Shown in pieces: positions 19,499-28,549 of a DNA stretch of 64,000 nt; position 1 is the stretch's first letter; every line of letters begins with the position of its first letter. The position numbers were made by a program, and so were the translations under genes. The stretch lies in IMG/VR virus record IMGVR_UViG_3300028593_000003; one strand, written 5' to 3'. Under the pieces are notes generated by a model that did not search any database, was not told the origin of the DNA, and was given only the letters and a program-made list of their open reading frames with translations. This stretch comes from a virus. Taxonomy: Duplodnaviria > Caudoviricetes.

Positions 19499-20399
19499 TC
19501 ACATAATCATTCACAGGATTCATCCATATCTCAAAAAAATGGGATGTGAGCTTTCTCCGATACCAGCCGGATGTGATGTTTATCTGGCCTTCGTTCATAT
19601 CAAACCCACAAAACTTCCGACTGTATTGAGGCTCGATGGGATATATTACGATAGTGATACGGACTACAATTCAAGAAACTCCGGTATAAGTCAGGCACAC
19701 AGAATAGCAGATGCCGTCATTTATCAGAGCCATTTCGCCAGAAGTATGTGTGAGAAGTATCTTTCTCCAAGGAAGAAAGAAGCCAAACCATTTGTCATTT
19801 ACAACGGGATTGACAAAGATTGGTGTGGGGAGTTTGTCGAGCACGAAGGAACGAATATCATTGTCACAGCGAAGTGGAGGCGACACAAGAGACTACAGGA
19901 AACAATCCAGTTATTTTTGAAACACTACAAGAAATATCCACATACCCACTTACACATTTTTGGTCTACTTCATCAGAATGTTCCGGTAAAACATCAAAAC
20001 ATCCATTACTACGGGCACGTTGACAGGAAGGATTTTATGGGTCATCACGCTATGGCGGACTTTACAATCCATCTGTCAAAAAAGGACGCGTGCCCAAACT
20101 CCGTGGTTGAAGCCATCGGGGCGGGAATACCAGTTATAACGACCAATGCCTGTGGTGGCTCGACTGAAATGTGTGCTATGACAGGCGGTTGTATTATATG
20201 TGACGGGGATGAAAACACCATAGAACCTTGTAAACCCTATACGGACGCTTACAATGTAATGCCTCCGGTACTGGAAGAAAACCTATTGGGGGCGATGGAG
20301 ACAATCGAAAAAGATAAATATTGTGTGGAGTTGCCCAAGGAACTGACAGCGGAGTATGTCGCAGAAAAATATTTTGAGGTTTTTAAAAGTATAAAATGA
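19476..20399 (+). CDS. Glycosyltransferase family 4 (GT-B)
   Basis: VIYNGID, KWRRHK, DACPNSVVEAIGAGIPVI. Confidence 0.88.
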   Translation: MKIYTDSNHIIIHRIHPYLKKMGCELSPIPAGCDVYLAFVHIKPTKLPTVLRLDGIYYDSDTDYNSRNSGISQAHRIADAVIYQSHFARSMCEKYLSPRKKEAKPFVIYNGIDKDWCGEFVEHEGTNIIVTAKWRRHKRLQETIQLFLKHYKKYPHTHLHIFGLLHQNVPVKHQNIHYYGHVDRKDFMGHHAMADFTIHLSKKDACPNSVVEAIGAGIPVITTNACGGSTEMCAMTGGCIICDGDENTIEPCKPYTDAYNVMPPVLEENLLGAMETIEKDKYCVELPKELTAEYVAEKYFEVFKSIK

Positions 20400-21316
20400 A
20401 CAGAAAAGACCACATTCTGAGAACATCTGACGGAAAGGAGCCCCGCGTATGGTTATCTGATTATCCCGCGGTTGATATTGCCGTGACTACATTCAATGTG
20501 GCAAAATATGTCGAGGATTGCATCAAGAGTATTGTCGAACAGACATACCCATTTTGGCACATTTATTTCGTGGATGATTGTTCAAAAGACACTACCGTAG
20601 AAAAGATAAAAAATCTGGTAAAGAAATATGAGATAAAGGAAAAATGTTCATTCTTCCAGACAGAAAAAAATAGTGGGTACGGAACAACCTTGAAATGGGC
20701 GATAGAAGCCGGCAACAATGAATTGGTGGCAATCGTGGATTCTGACGATTTTCTCGATGACAAAAATGCCCTACAGATTATTGTTGATGCCCATAGGGAA
20801 AGACCGAATGTTTCAATGATTTATACTGACTACTATGAAATAACAACGAGAGGATATCAACAAAAGAGCTTGATAAAAGCAAAACCACCTACGGAACAGT
20901 TTTTGGGAGGATTTACAAATAATGTCTATAACGGAACAGACGCGGATATCAGCCATTTGAAAACCTTCAAGAGAGAATTTTACAATATGACTGTGGGGCT
21001 GAACCATAGGTTATTGAAAGCCGTTGACAAAGATGTGATATTGAAACTGGAAGAAGTCGGAAAATTATTCTATTTGAGAAAACCACTATATTGTTACAGG
21101 AAACATTCCGCAAGTATTTCTACTGTATGGAGAGATAGGTCTGTAGAGTATAAGAATAAGGTTTTGAAACTCAAGGGCGATATGTACCTGAGCGCAAAAC
21201 ACAGAAGGGAAAGAGGAATATTGATGAAGGTAGGAAATACTTATACCTACTATGAGAACGGAAAAAAATTGGGGCTAAATTGTAAACGGGAGGATGTTGA
21301 AGAATGTACATTGTGA
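20396..21316 (+). CDS. Glycosyltransferase family 2, paralog of 18752-19498
   Basis: VDDCSKD, VDSDD, VDKD.ILKLEEVG shared. Confidence 0.9.
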   Translation: MNRKDHILRTSDGKEPRVWLSDYPAVDIAVTTFNVAKYVEDCIKSIVEQTYPFWHIYFVDDCSKDTTVEKIKNLVKKYEIKEKCSFFQTEKNSGYGTTLKWAIEAGNNELVAIVDSDDFLDDKNALQIIVDAHRERPNVSMIYTDYYEITTRGYQQKSLIKAKPPTEQFLGGFTNNVYNGTDADISHLKTFKREFYNMTVGLNHRLLKAVDKDVILKLEEVGKLFYLRKPLYCYRKHSASISTVWRDRSVEYKNKVLKLKGDMYLSAKHRRERGILMKVGNTYTYYENGKKLGLNCKREDVEECTL

Positions 21317-21975
21317 GTTTGATACCTGCAAGAGAAGGATCAAAAGGAATACCAAAGAAAAATTTGGCTTTACTGGATGGAAAACCACTCATCTACTATA
21401 TTATCCAGAGTAGCCTAAACTCGATATGTCACGACACTTTCGTTTCATCGGACGGCCCTGATATTTTATGGTATTCGATGGAACTCGGAGCAAAGGTCAT
21501 AGAACAACCGCCTATCATTTCCGGTGACAGGAACTCCATCGAAGAAGTGATAGCATTTTTCACGGAGAAAGTCGAATATGACATTCTCGTTCTCCTTGCA
21601 CCCACATCCCCGCTGATAGAACCCAAACATATAAATGACGGTATAGAGAAAATTCTCGTTCACGGTTTCGATTCTGCAATCGGGGCTATGGGGATGGAGA
21701 AAAACGATATATTGTTTTGGGATGGTCTGGTCAGGCAACCGATAAACTATGAGTTGAAGAAAAGGGGCAGGAGACAGGACAGGGAAGAGAACAGATATTA
21801 TATTGAAACTGGTGGATTGTATGTAACAACCCGAAAACAGTTCCTTCAATCAAAGTGTAGAGCTGGAAATAATGTTGGTTTTGTGGAAATCCCGTTCTGG
21901 AAACATTTTGAAGTTGATACACAGGAAGATTTGAGGATGATAGAAGCCATAATGAGGGGGAGAAATGGTTTATAG
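21304..21975 (+). CDS. neuA: CMP-nonulosonic acid synthetase (acylneuraminate cytidylyltransferase)
   Basis: IPAREGSKGIPKKNL...GKPLI, PTSPL, EVDT.EDL. Confidence 0.9.
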   Translation: MYIVSLIPAREGSKGIPKKNLALLDGKPLIYYIIQSSLNSICHDTFVSSDGPDILWYSMELGAKVIEQPPIISGDRNSIEEVIAFFTEKVEYDILVLLAPTSPLIEPKHINDGIEKILVHGFDSAIGAMGMEKNDILFWDGLVRQPINYELKKRGRRQDREENRYYIETGGLYVTTRKQFLQSKCRAGNNVGFVEIPFWKHFEVDTQEDLRMIEAIMRGRNGL

Positions 21976-22217
21976 GGAAAGAAAGACACCCTCTCTGAAA
22001 GAACATATTCCGTTTTCAATGTACGAAAGGAATAAAATCTGGCTCGACTGTGCATCAGGTGATGGTTATGTAGTGGCCGATGGTTTTATTCGAGGCAGAG
22101 AAAAAAACAAGAGTATTGTGCCAGGAAATTATATCTGTGTTGATATGGACAGGAAAAAATTGAAAAGAATGGCGGAAAAGGGTTCGAACAGTTAGTAGAT
22201 AATCTACTATAATCTAC

Positions 22218-22246
22218 TTGACACTACCAAAATCTTTTAGTATAAT
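22218..22246 (+). promoter_or_regulatory. Consensus sigma70 promoter in the IS607 left end
   Basis: TTGACA-17 nt-TATAAT. Confidence 0.8.
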
Positions 22247-22258
22247 TGGAGGTGAAGG

Positions 22259-22456
22259 ATGAAACGAGCGATGGTCACACGAGTAACCAAGACTGAGTTT
22301 GAACTTGACGACGGGCGGGTTTACCAACACCCGTTTGAACTTGATGAAGTTCCCACCAATGAGGAATTTCAGCGCATCTACAACCATTGGCGAGAACTTT
22401 TCGAGAAGGAACTGGATGGCGAGCAAGAGACTAATCGGGATAGCGAAGGCCGCTGA
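22259..22456 (+). CDS. 65-aa acidic ORF inside IS607, upstream of tnpA
   Basis: GGAGGTG RBS directly after the promoter; overlaps the tnpA start. Confidence 0.65.
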   Translation: MKRAMVTRVTKTEFELDDGRVYQHPFELDEVPTNEEFQRIYNHWRELFEKELDGEQETNRDSEGR

Positions 22457-23042
22457 ACTTCTTGGCGTTGGAATTTCTACGCTCCGAGCATGGGATGATT
22501 CTGGCGCGTTGAAAGCAGAGCGCACAAAAGGCGGACATCGGAGATACCGCATTGAAGATATTGAGCAACTTCAAGGTATCGTTTCAGAAGATGCTCCACC
22601 AAATGATTGTGCCGCAATCTACGTGCGGGTGTCGTCTCATGACCAGAAACAGAAAGGTGATTTGGAACGTCAGAAATTGCGCCTGCTTGAATACTGCGCC
22701 AACAAGCAATACCGCGTTGGTTATGTATTTGAGGAAACGTTATCTGGTATGAACGACAATCGCCCCAAACTTCATCGGCTATTTGACCTGGCAATTGAGC
22801 ACAAGATCAACCGCTTGGTCATAGAACATAAAGACCGCCTTGCCCGATTCAATTTTGGAATCTTCGTCAAGTTGTTTGAGAGTCACGGCGTCATTGTTGA
22901 GTGGTGTGAGGAAGTTCTACCCAAGTCATACGAAGCGGAACTGGTTGAAGACATGCTGTCTTTGCTCTCGTCATTTTCAGCAAAAATCTATGGTAAGCGT
23001 TCAGCCGAGCGCAGGAAGCAGAAAGCTGATGGAAATTCTTAG
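22416..23042 (+). CDS. tnpA: IS607 serine transposase (MerR-like wHTH + serine recombinase)
   Basis: AAELLGV..STLRAWD...RTKGGHRRY; YVRVSS..QK.DLERQ; DRLARF. Confidence 0.95.
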   Translation: MASKRLIGIAKAAELLGVGISTLRAWDDSGALKAERTKGGHRRYRIEDIEQLQGIVSEDAPPNDCAAIYVRVSSHDQKQKGDLERQKLRLLEYCANKQYRVGYVFEETLSGMNDNRPKLHRLFDLAIEHKINRLVIEHKDRLARFNFGIFVKLFESHGVIVEWCEEVLPKSYEAELVEDMLSLLSSFSAKIYGKRSAERRKQKADGNS

Positions 23043-24267
23043 AGCCTACAAAACCGAGCTTGACCCCAACAATGTTCAACGAACTGCATTGCTGAAACAT
23101 GCGGGCGCTGCTCGCTTCTCTTGGAATTGGGGATTGGCAAAACGAAAACAGGAATACGAGGAAACCGGCAAGTCGAGCAACGCCATAGAACAACATCGCC
23201 AGTTGAACGCGCTGAAAAAGACAGATTTTCCCTGGCTTTATGAAGTTAGCAAAGCGGCTCCACAAGAGGCTTTGCGCGATTTGGACAAGGCATATCAAAA
23301 CTTCTTCCGCCGTGTGAAGAATGGAGAAAAACCGGGCTTCCCAAGGTTCAAAAGTCGCAAGAATGGTATTGGAAGTTTTAGACTGACTGGCGCAATTCAC
23401 ATCACTGAGACACACATTAAACTTCCTCGTATTGGCTGGCTCAGGCTAAAAGAACACGGCTACATCCCGGCTGATGGCATCCATATTTTATCTGTCACCG
23501 TTTCAGAATCGGCAGGGCGATGGTTTGTAAGTGTTCAATGCAAACAAGAGATTGAGGCTACCCAGGCAATCGGAGAACCCATAGGCGTTGATTTGGGCGT
23601 TAAGGAATTGGCTGTGGTTTCTGATGGGCAGAGATTCGAGAATCCGAAGCCATTAAAGAAGGCACAGGCTAAACTCAGGCGGCTTCAACGCGAACTGTCG
23701 CGCCGAAAGAAAGGTGGAAAGAATCGAGAAAAGACACGGAAGAAAGTTGCCAAAGCGCATCAACGGATAGCCAACATACGCCGTGACACACTACACAAAT
23801 CAACGTCTGTTATCGTTGCGAAAACCAAACCCGATAATGAACGTCCAAGTGTAGTTGTGCTTGAAGACCTAAATGTATCTGGGATGTTGGCAAATCATTG
23901 CTTGGCACAGGCAATCAGCGATGTTGGATTTGCTGAGTTTCGCAGGCAACTGGAATACAAGACAGTTTGGTACGGCTCCGAATTGATAGTCGCCGACAGA
24001 TTTTTCCCATCTTCGCGTCTATGCAGGCATTGTGGTTGCATCAACTCGGAGTTGAAGTTATCAGATAGGGAGTGGACTTGCGACTGTGGTGCAATACATG
24101 ACCGCGACCTAAACGCAGCCATCAATCTCAAGAATTTAGCAGCAAAATTACCGAGAGTTCCTCGGAAAGTTACGCCTGTGGAGAGTGATATAAGACCAAC
24201 AGCAGTATCGTTGGCGGCCTCTTTGAAGCAGGAACCAAGCGCAGAATCTTATGGTAGATTCTGGTAG
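23029..24267 (+). CDS. tnpB: RNA-guided endonuclease TnpB
   Basis: RuvC triad GVDLG / VLEDL / DRDLNAA and zinc finger CRHC...CDC. Confidence 0.95.
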   Translation: MEILRAYKTELDPNNVQRTALLKHAGAARFSWNWGLAKRKQEYEETGKSSNAIEQHRQLNALKKTDFPWLYEVSKAAPQEALRDLDKAYQNFFRRVKNGEKPGFPRFKSRKNGIGSFRLTGAIHITETHIKLPRIGWLRLKEHGYIPADGIHILSVTVSESAGRWFVSVQCKQEIEATQAIGEPIGVDLGVKELAVVSDGQRFENPKPLKKAQAKLRRLQRELSRRKKGGKNREKTRKKVAKAHQRIANIRRDTLHKSTSVIVAKTKPDNERPSVVVLEDLNVSGMLANHCLAQAISDVGFAEFRRQLEYKTVWYGSELIVADRFFPSSRLCRHCGCINSELKLSDREWTCDCGAIHDRDLNAAINLKNLAAKLPRVPRKVTPVESDIRPTAVSLAASLKQEPSAESYGRFW

Positions 24268-24608
24268 GTATTGGAGAACGGATGTAAGACAATCTGTATT
24301 GACCTTGAACAATCAGACATAAAGGAATATGTGCAGAAAGCGGATGTAATACTGTGCCTGGAAACATTGGAACACCTTGAAAAGAAAACGGCAGAAAGGT
24401 TGGTAAAGAATTTTGTCACCATTCTGGAAAAGGAAGGAATTATGATAATAACCTTCCCGTCAAATGTTTCGTTTGATTTGAAAGAGGGTAAACTTTTGAA
24501 TAAACATCAGCCCAATGTGGAAGAAATTTACAAATACAAGGAATATTTTTCCGATACAATCAAAACGATGTGGCACAAAACACACATACTTGTTTTCAGA
24601 GGTAAGAA

Positions 24609-25241
24609 ATGACCAAGAGGAACAAATATCAAAAACCAAATCCCTATGATTTTTATCAAGGTAAAGTCGCAAAAAGTTATGAGGACGAAAGAAGAAATAA
24701 AAAAACCTGGCAAAAAGAAAATCAGATAGTCGAATATTATCTCGACAAAATAGTGGATATAGACAATGTACTGGACATCCCCTTTGGAACGGGGAGATTT
24801 GTTCCACTCTATATCAGAAAAAACTTGGAGATTCACGGCGTCGAAATTTCCGGAGATATGATAAACACATCAAGAGAAATATTGAAAGATGATTTCTTGA
24901 AGTGTAATGTTATTATAGGAAATTCAGTATCATTACCTTATAAAGATGATTATTTTGACATTTTGATATGTACCAGATTTCTGACAGCTATACTTACTTT
25001 CGGTGATGTCAATTTGTCTTTGAAAGAATTCAGTAGGGTTACGAAAAAATATTTTCTGTTGGAAATTGGTCACAGAGAAGATAAAGCTCCCCGATTGAGA
25101 ACACCGTCAGAAGATGAGAAAATGGGATACTGGTTTTATCCGGACGAGATACAGGAAATGTTGAAGGAAAAAAATATTGAGCCGATTGATTGTAAATCTG
25201 TTCTCCAAGATTTATACATTTATCTATGCAGGAAAATATAA
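24609..25241 (+). CDS. Class I SAM methyltransferase
   Basis: VLDIPFGTGRF, GVEIS..M, LPYKDDYFD. Confidence 0.88.
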   Translation: MTKRNKYQKPNPYDFYQGKVAKSYEDERRNKKTWQKENQIVEYYLDKIVDIDNVLDIPFGTGRFVPLYIRKNLEIHGVEISGDMINTSREILKDDFLKCNVIIGNSVSLPYKDDYFDILICTRFLTAILTFGDVNLSLKEFSRVTKKYFLLEIGHREDKAPRLRTPSEDEKMGYWFYPDEIQEMLKEKNIEPIDCKSVLQDLYIYLCRKI

Positions 25242-25843
25242 TGGCAAAAATCATAGAAATTATGGGCCCGGCTGCCGTAGGGAAAACTACAATACTAAAA
25301 GAAATACAAAATCATTATAAAGGTGATAAAACATATGGCTTCATTTCCTACAAAAAGAAGCAGCCGCAACATTGGATTGAAAAATTATCTCACAGTATCA
25401 AGTTCAAATATATCATAACTGAGGATAGATTTTTTTATCATCTAATTTTGGTGGAAAAGGGATTAGCCAGGAAAATAGCTAGCGATGAAACAATTTTGTT
25501 CCAACAAGAAACACTAAAAGAAGATGGAATAAAAGATGTTCTTGAACAGTTTCCCTTCATCTATATGATGATCAATTTTAAATGTAATGAAAATATTATT
25601 TTGGAAAGAATGAAAACTCGGCCGGCAGGGATATATTATAATTATCTGGATAGTGACGAAGATAAGCTTCGGGCCATAAAAAATGTGATGAATTATATTG
25701 ATACTGTGGCAAGAGTTTTTGAAAGGAACGGAGTTTATGTATATGAGATTGACACATCTCTTGAAATTGATGAGAATGTGAAAAAGATAAAGGATATTTT
25801 AGATTATCACAAAAATCTAAAGGGAGATAATTCTTGTGGGTAA
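25241..25843 (+). CDS. P-loop nucleotide-kinase-like protein
   Basis: GPAAVGKTT Walker A; ERMKTR lid-like motif; IDTS. Confidence 0.75.
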   Translation: MAKIIEIMGPAAVGKTTILKEIQNHYKGDKTYGFISYKKKQPQHWIEKLSHSIKFKYIITEDRFFYHLILVEKGLARKIASDETILFQQETLKEDGIKDVLEQFPFIYMMINFKCNENIILERMKTRPAGIYYNYLDSDEDKLRAIKNVMNYIDTVARVFERNGVYVYEIDTSLEIDENVKKIKDILDYHKNLKGDNSCG

Positions 25844-26639
25844 TTCACTTGTAAGCTTGACACAAATAAATATTGAACTTACATCCAGATGTGACAAGAA
25901 TTGCTGGATGTGTGGTCGAAGGGAAAGAGAAAGAAAGTACGGTAACCAGAATTACGGTGATATGGAGTTTGATATGGTGGGTCTAATTGCTGATGAAACC
26001 CCGCCTGGCATTATGGTGGCATTTCATAACAACGGGGAACCACTTCTCTATCCTCGTCTTGGTGAGGCAATTTCATTATTTCATAATCAGACAACTTATT
26101 TTGTTTCCAATGGAATGACATTGACAAAGAAGGCAAACGAACTTATAGACAATCTCGATATTATTTCTGTGTCCGTCATTGAAAAGGAAAGAGAAGATAT
26201 TGCCGAAAAACAGTACAACGAGATTATAGATTTTCTGGCATTGAAGGGAGACAAAAAACCACATTTTGTTTTGAGGTTCGTGGGGAAAGCCGATGAAAGC
26301 AGGTATAAGGATTTGGATGTTCTCAAGGTGAGAAGGGTTCTCCATCTTCCGAAAGGAAGCGTAGGATACAAAAAACCCCCAACCGTTCCAGAGCACGGTG
26401 TATGTCTGGACTTGTTGAATAGACTGGCGATAGACAGATTTGGAAATGTTTCATTGTGTGTCAGGTTTGACCCTGAAGGTGAATTGAGACTTGGGAACAT
26501 AGCGGAAACATCTCTTGCTGATTTGTGGAACTGTGAGAAGAGAAAAAAGATAGTAGAGATGCACATATCCGGTCAGAGGATCAAAGTTCCCTATTGTGGG
26601 GATAAATGTGAATTTTACGGGGTGCCAACGGGGTATTAA
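25836..26639 (+). CDS. Radical SAM protein with SPASM/Twitch domain
   Basis: CDKNCWMC, NGEPLL, C-terminal Cys cluster. Confidence 0.9.
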   Translation: MGNSLVSLTQINIELTSRCDKNCWMCGRRERERKYGNQNYGDMEFDMVGLIADETPPGIMVAFHNNGEPLLYPRLGEAISLFHNQTTYFVSNGMTLTKKANELIDNLDIISVSVIEKEREDIAEKQYNEIIDFLALKGDKKPHFVLRFVGKADESRYKDLDVLKVRRVLHLPKGSVGYKKPPTVPEHGVCLDLLNRLAIDRFGNVSLCVRFDPEGELRLGNIAETSLADLWNCEKRKKIVEMHISGQRIKVPYCGDKCEFYGVPTGY

Positions 26640-26640
26640 G

Positions 26641-27270
26641 ATGGCCGAAGGAATTTACAAAATAACAGAAGATTTTGAGAAGGTGTTATCTGATTACACA
26701 GGGGCCCCCTATGTGGTAACAGTAGACAATCAGAGTAATGCCCTGTTTTTATGCCTGAAATATGAAAATGTTGAAAATATGGAAATTACAATTCCAGCCA
26801 GAACATATCCCTCTGTTCCCTGTGAGATAATCCACGCCGGAGCGAAAGTGAAATTCAGACCCATAAGTGGAACAACATTGAGGGGGGCGTATCAGCTTGA
26901 ACCAACGAAGGTGTGGGATAGTGCCTTGAGGTTCACCTACAATATGTATATTGAAAATACTCATATGTGTATTTCCTTTACAGGCCCTTACAAACATTTT
27001 AAATTGAGTAAAGGTGGTGCAATACTGACAGACGATTACAATGCCTATCTGTGGTTCAAGAGGTCGAGATTTTCGGGTAGAAGGGAATGTTCATATCACG
27101 ATGATCACTTTGATATGCTCGGTTGGAACTTTTATATGATGCCAGAACTGGCTGCAAGGGGATTGTTGTTGATGAAGCAATTTTATGATTTGGACGGAAA
27201 GCCACTCCATAAAGAGGATTTGGAGTTACCGTATCCGGATTTGAGTAGGTTTGAGGTGTATTCAAAATGA
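26641..27270 (+). CDS. DegT/DnrJ/EryC1/StrS-family sugar aminotransferase (short form)
   Basis: SNALFLCL, TYPSV, DSA, SF...K....GGAILTDD, GWNFYM. Confidence 0.8.
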   Translation: MAEGIYKITEDFEKVLSDYTGAPYVVTVDNQSNALFLCLKYENVENMEITIPARTYPSVPCEIIHAGAKVKFRPISGTTLRGAYQLEPTKVWDSALRFTYNMYIENTHMCISFTGPYKHFKLSKGGAILTDDYNAYLWFKRSRFSGRRECSYHDDHFDMLGWNFYMMPELAARGLLLMKQFYDLDGKPLHKEDLELPYPDLSRFEVYSK

Positions 27271-27782
27271 AAATAGGTAAAAATGTAATAATTAGTCCAA
27301 AAGCCAGCATATATAATCCGGACAATATTGAAATAGGTGATAATGTCAGAATAGATGATTTCTGTATATTGTCAGGTGGAAGTGGATTAAAAATTGGAAA
27401 CCATGTTCACATCGCGTGTTATGTTGCTTTATTTGCTGGTGCAGGGATTTATATTGGAAATTTTGTTGGGATTTCTGCCAGAGGAACAGTATATTCACAA
27501 TCAGATGACTATAGTGGAGAGTTTTTATATGGCCCGATGATACCAATAAAATATAAAAAACTTTCCAGCGGGCTCGTCATAATAAAATCACATTCCATCG
27601 TGGGTGTAAACTCAACTATAATGCCCGGAGTAATTTTAGAAGAAGGCGTTGCCGTAGGGGCATATTCTTTAGTTAAAAATAAATGTGATGCATGGTCAAT
27701 GTACGCCGGTATTCCAGCACAGAAAATAAAAGATCGCAAAAAAGATTTGTTAAAAATGGAAGAAGATTTTCTGAAGGAGTGA
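27267..27782 (+). CDS. Hexapeptide-repeat (left-handed beta-helix) acyltransferase
   Basis: IGKNV/IGDNV/IGNHV repeats, YAGIPA. Confidence 0.9.
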   Translation: MKIGKNVIISPKASIYNPDNIEIGDNVRIDDFCILSGGSGLKIGNHVHIACYVALFAGAGIYIGNFVGISARGTVYSQSDDYSGEFLYGPMIPIKYKKLSSGLVIIKSHSIVGVNSTIMPGVILEEGVAVGAYSLVKNKCDAWSMYAGIPAQKIKDRKKDLLKMEEDFLKE

Positions 27783-27793
27783 AAGGATTTTCG

Positions 27794-28546
27794 ATGAGTG
27801 AAATAGATCATTTTATGATAACAAGAATAAACATTGGGTTGTATTCAACAACTCCTAAAAATTATTTGGCCTCATTGGAGGCAAAAAATAAATGGATGGG
27901 TGGGAAACTCAAGGCGCACGAGAAATATCTTCTTCCTTCCATAAAATACCAGACAACCAGAGATTTTAAAATCGTTTGGTTGATTGATGATAAAACACCG
28001 GATGAGTTTATGCCTAAAATAGAAGAACAGGCAAAACAAATTGACGCCACTATCATTAGAGATAAATGGCTAACTGATAGAAACATTACAGAGGGCGGCT
28101 GTCTTGATGGTGATTGGTTGGGAAAATTTAAACCGATGATAAAGAAAGATATTGTGGCTATTACACGGTTTGATTCGGATGATATAATGGCAAAAAATTT
28201 TATGGAAGTTGTAAAAAGCCACTTTAATGAGATCCCCCCCGTGTGTATTGATTTCTGGTATCGTCTTACGCTTGATATGTATGGGGAATTATATTTGGTA
28301 AGATGTATTCCAAGAGAAAAGCCGGGCTGGTGTACTCCTGCAGTTACTCTTATTGAAAAAAAAAGTGATTTCAAATCCCCGTTCAAAGGATCACACTTCA
28401 AGCTAGGTAAAATTTTCCCCGTTAAAATATTCGGAGAAATTTTATGGTGTAAGCCTGAGAGGGCTGCCCCGGCGTCAATAAAAGTGGCAAAAATAGGAGA
28501 AACAAAATTAGAAAATATAAGAGGATTTGAAGGAATAGGATTTTAG
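27794..28546 (+). CDS. GT-A glycosyltransferase (putative rhamnosyltransferase-like)
   Basis: HF.ITR.N, LPSI..QT..DF, TRFDSDD. Confidence 0.75.
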   Translation: MSEIDHFMITRINIGLYSTTPKNYLASLEAKNKWMGGKLKAHEKYLLPSIKYQTTRDFKIVWLIDDKTPDEFMPKIEEQAKQIDATIIRDKWLTDRNITEGGCLDGDWLGKFKPMIKKDIVAITRFDSDDIMAKNFMEVVKSHFNEIPPVCIDFWYRLTLDMYGELYLVRCIPREKPGWCTPAVTLIEKKSDFKSPFKGSHFKLGKIFPVKIFGEILWCKPERAAPASIKVAKIGETKLENIRGFEGIGF

Positions 28547-28549
28547 AAA

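Larger units (their letters stand above)
22183..24281 (+). mobile_element. IS607-family element (small ORF + tnpA + tnpB)
   Basis: GG core at both junctions (22181-22182, 24280-24281); short GTAGAT/ATCTAC repeats near both ends; visibly more GC-rich than the flanks. Confidence 0.92.
21965..24612 (+). pseudogene. Class I SAM methyltransferase interrupted by IS607 (fragments 21965-22182 and 24282-24612)
   Basis: Motif I WLDCASGDG in the 5' part, DVILCLETLEH in the 3' part; removing the element rejoins GAA AAG GGA TGT in frame (182 aa). Confidence 0.88.

Noticed and set aside
22299-23028. ORF-track starts for tnpA (22299) and tnpB (22840)
   Set aside because: Recognisable domains begin at ATG 22416 and ATG 23029; the upstream extensions overlap other genes
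22183-24281. IStron (group I intron plus IS607) that would splice out of the methyltransferase mRNA
   Set aside because: Only ~230 nt precede tnpA and they are filled by a promoter and an ORF; I see no room or motifs for a group I core
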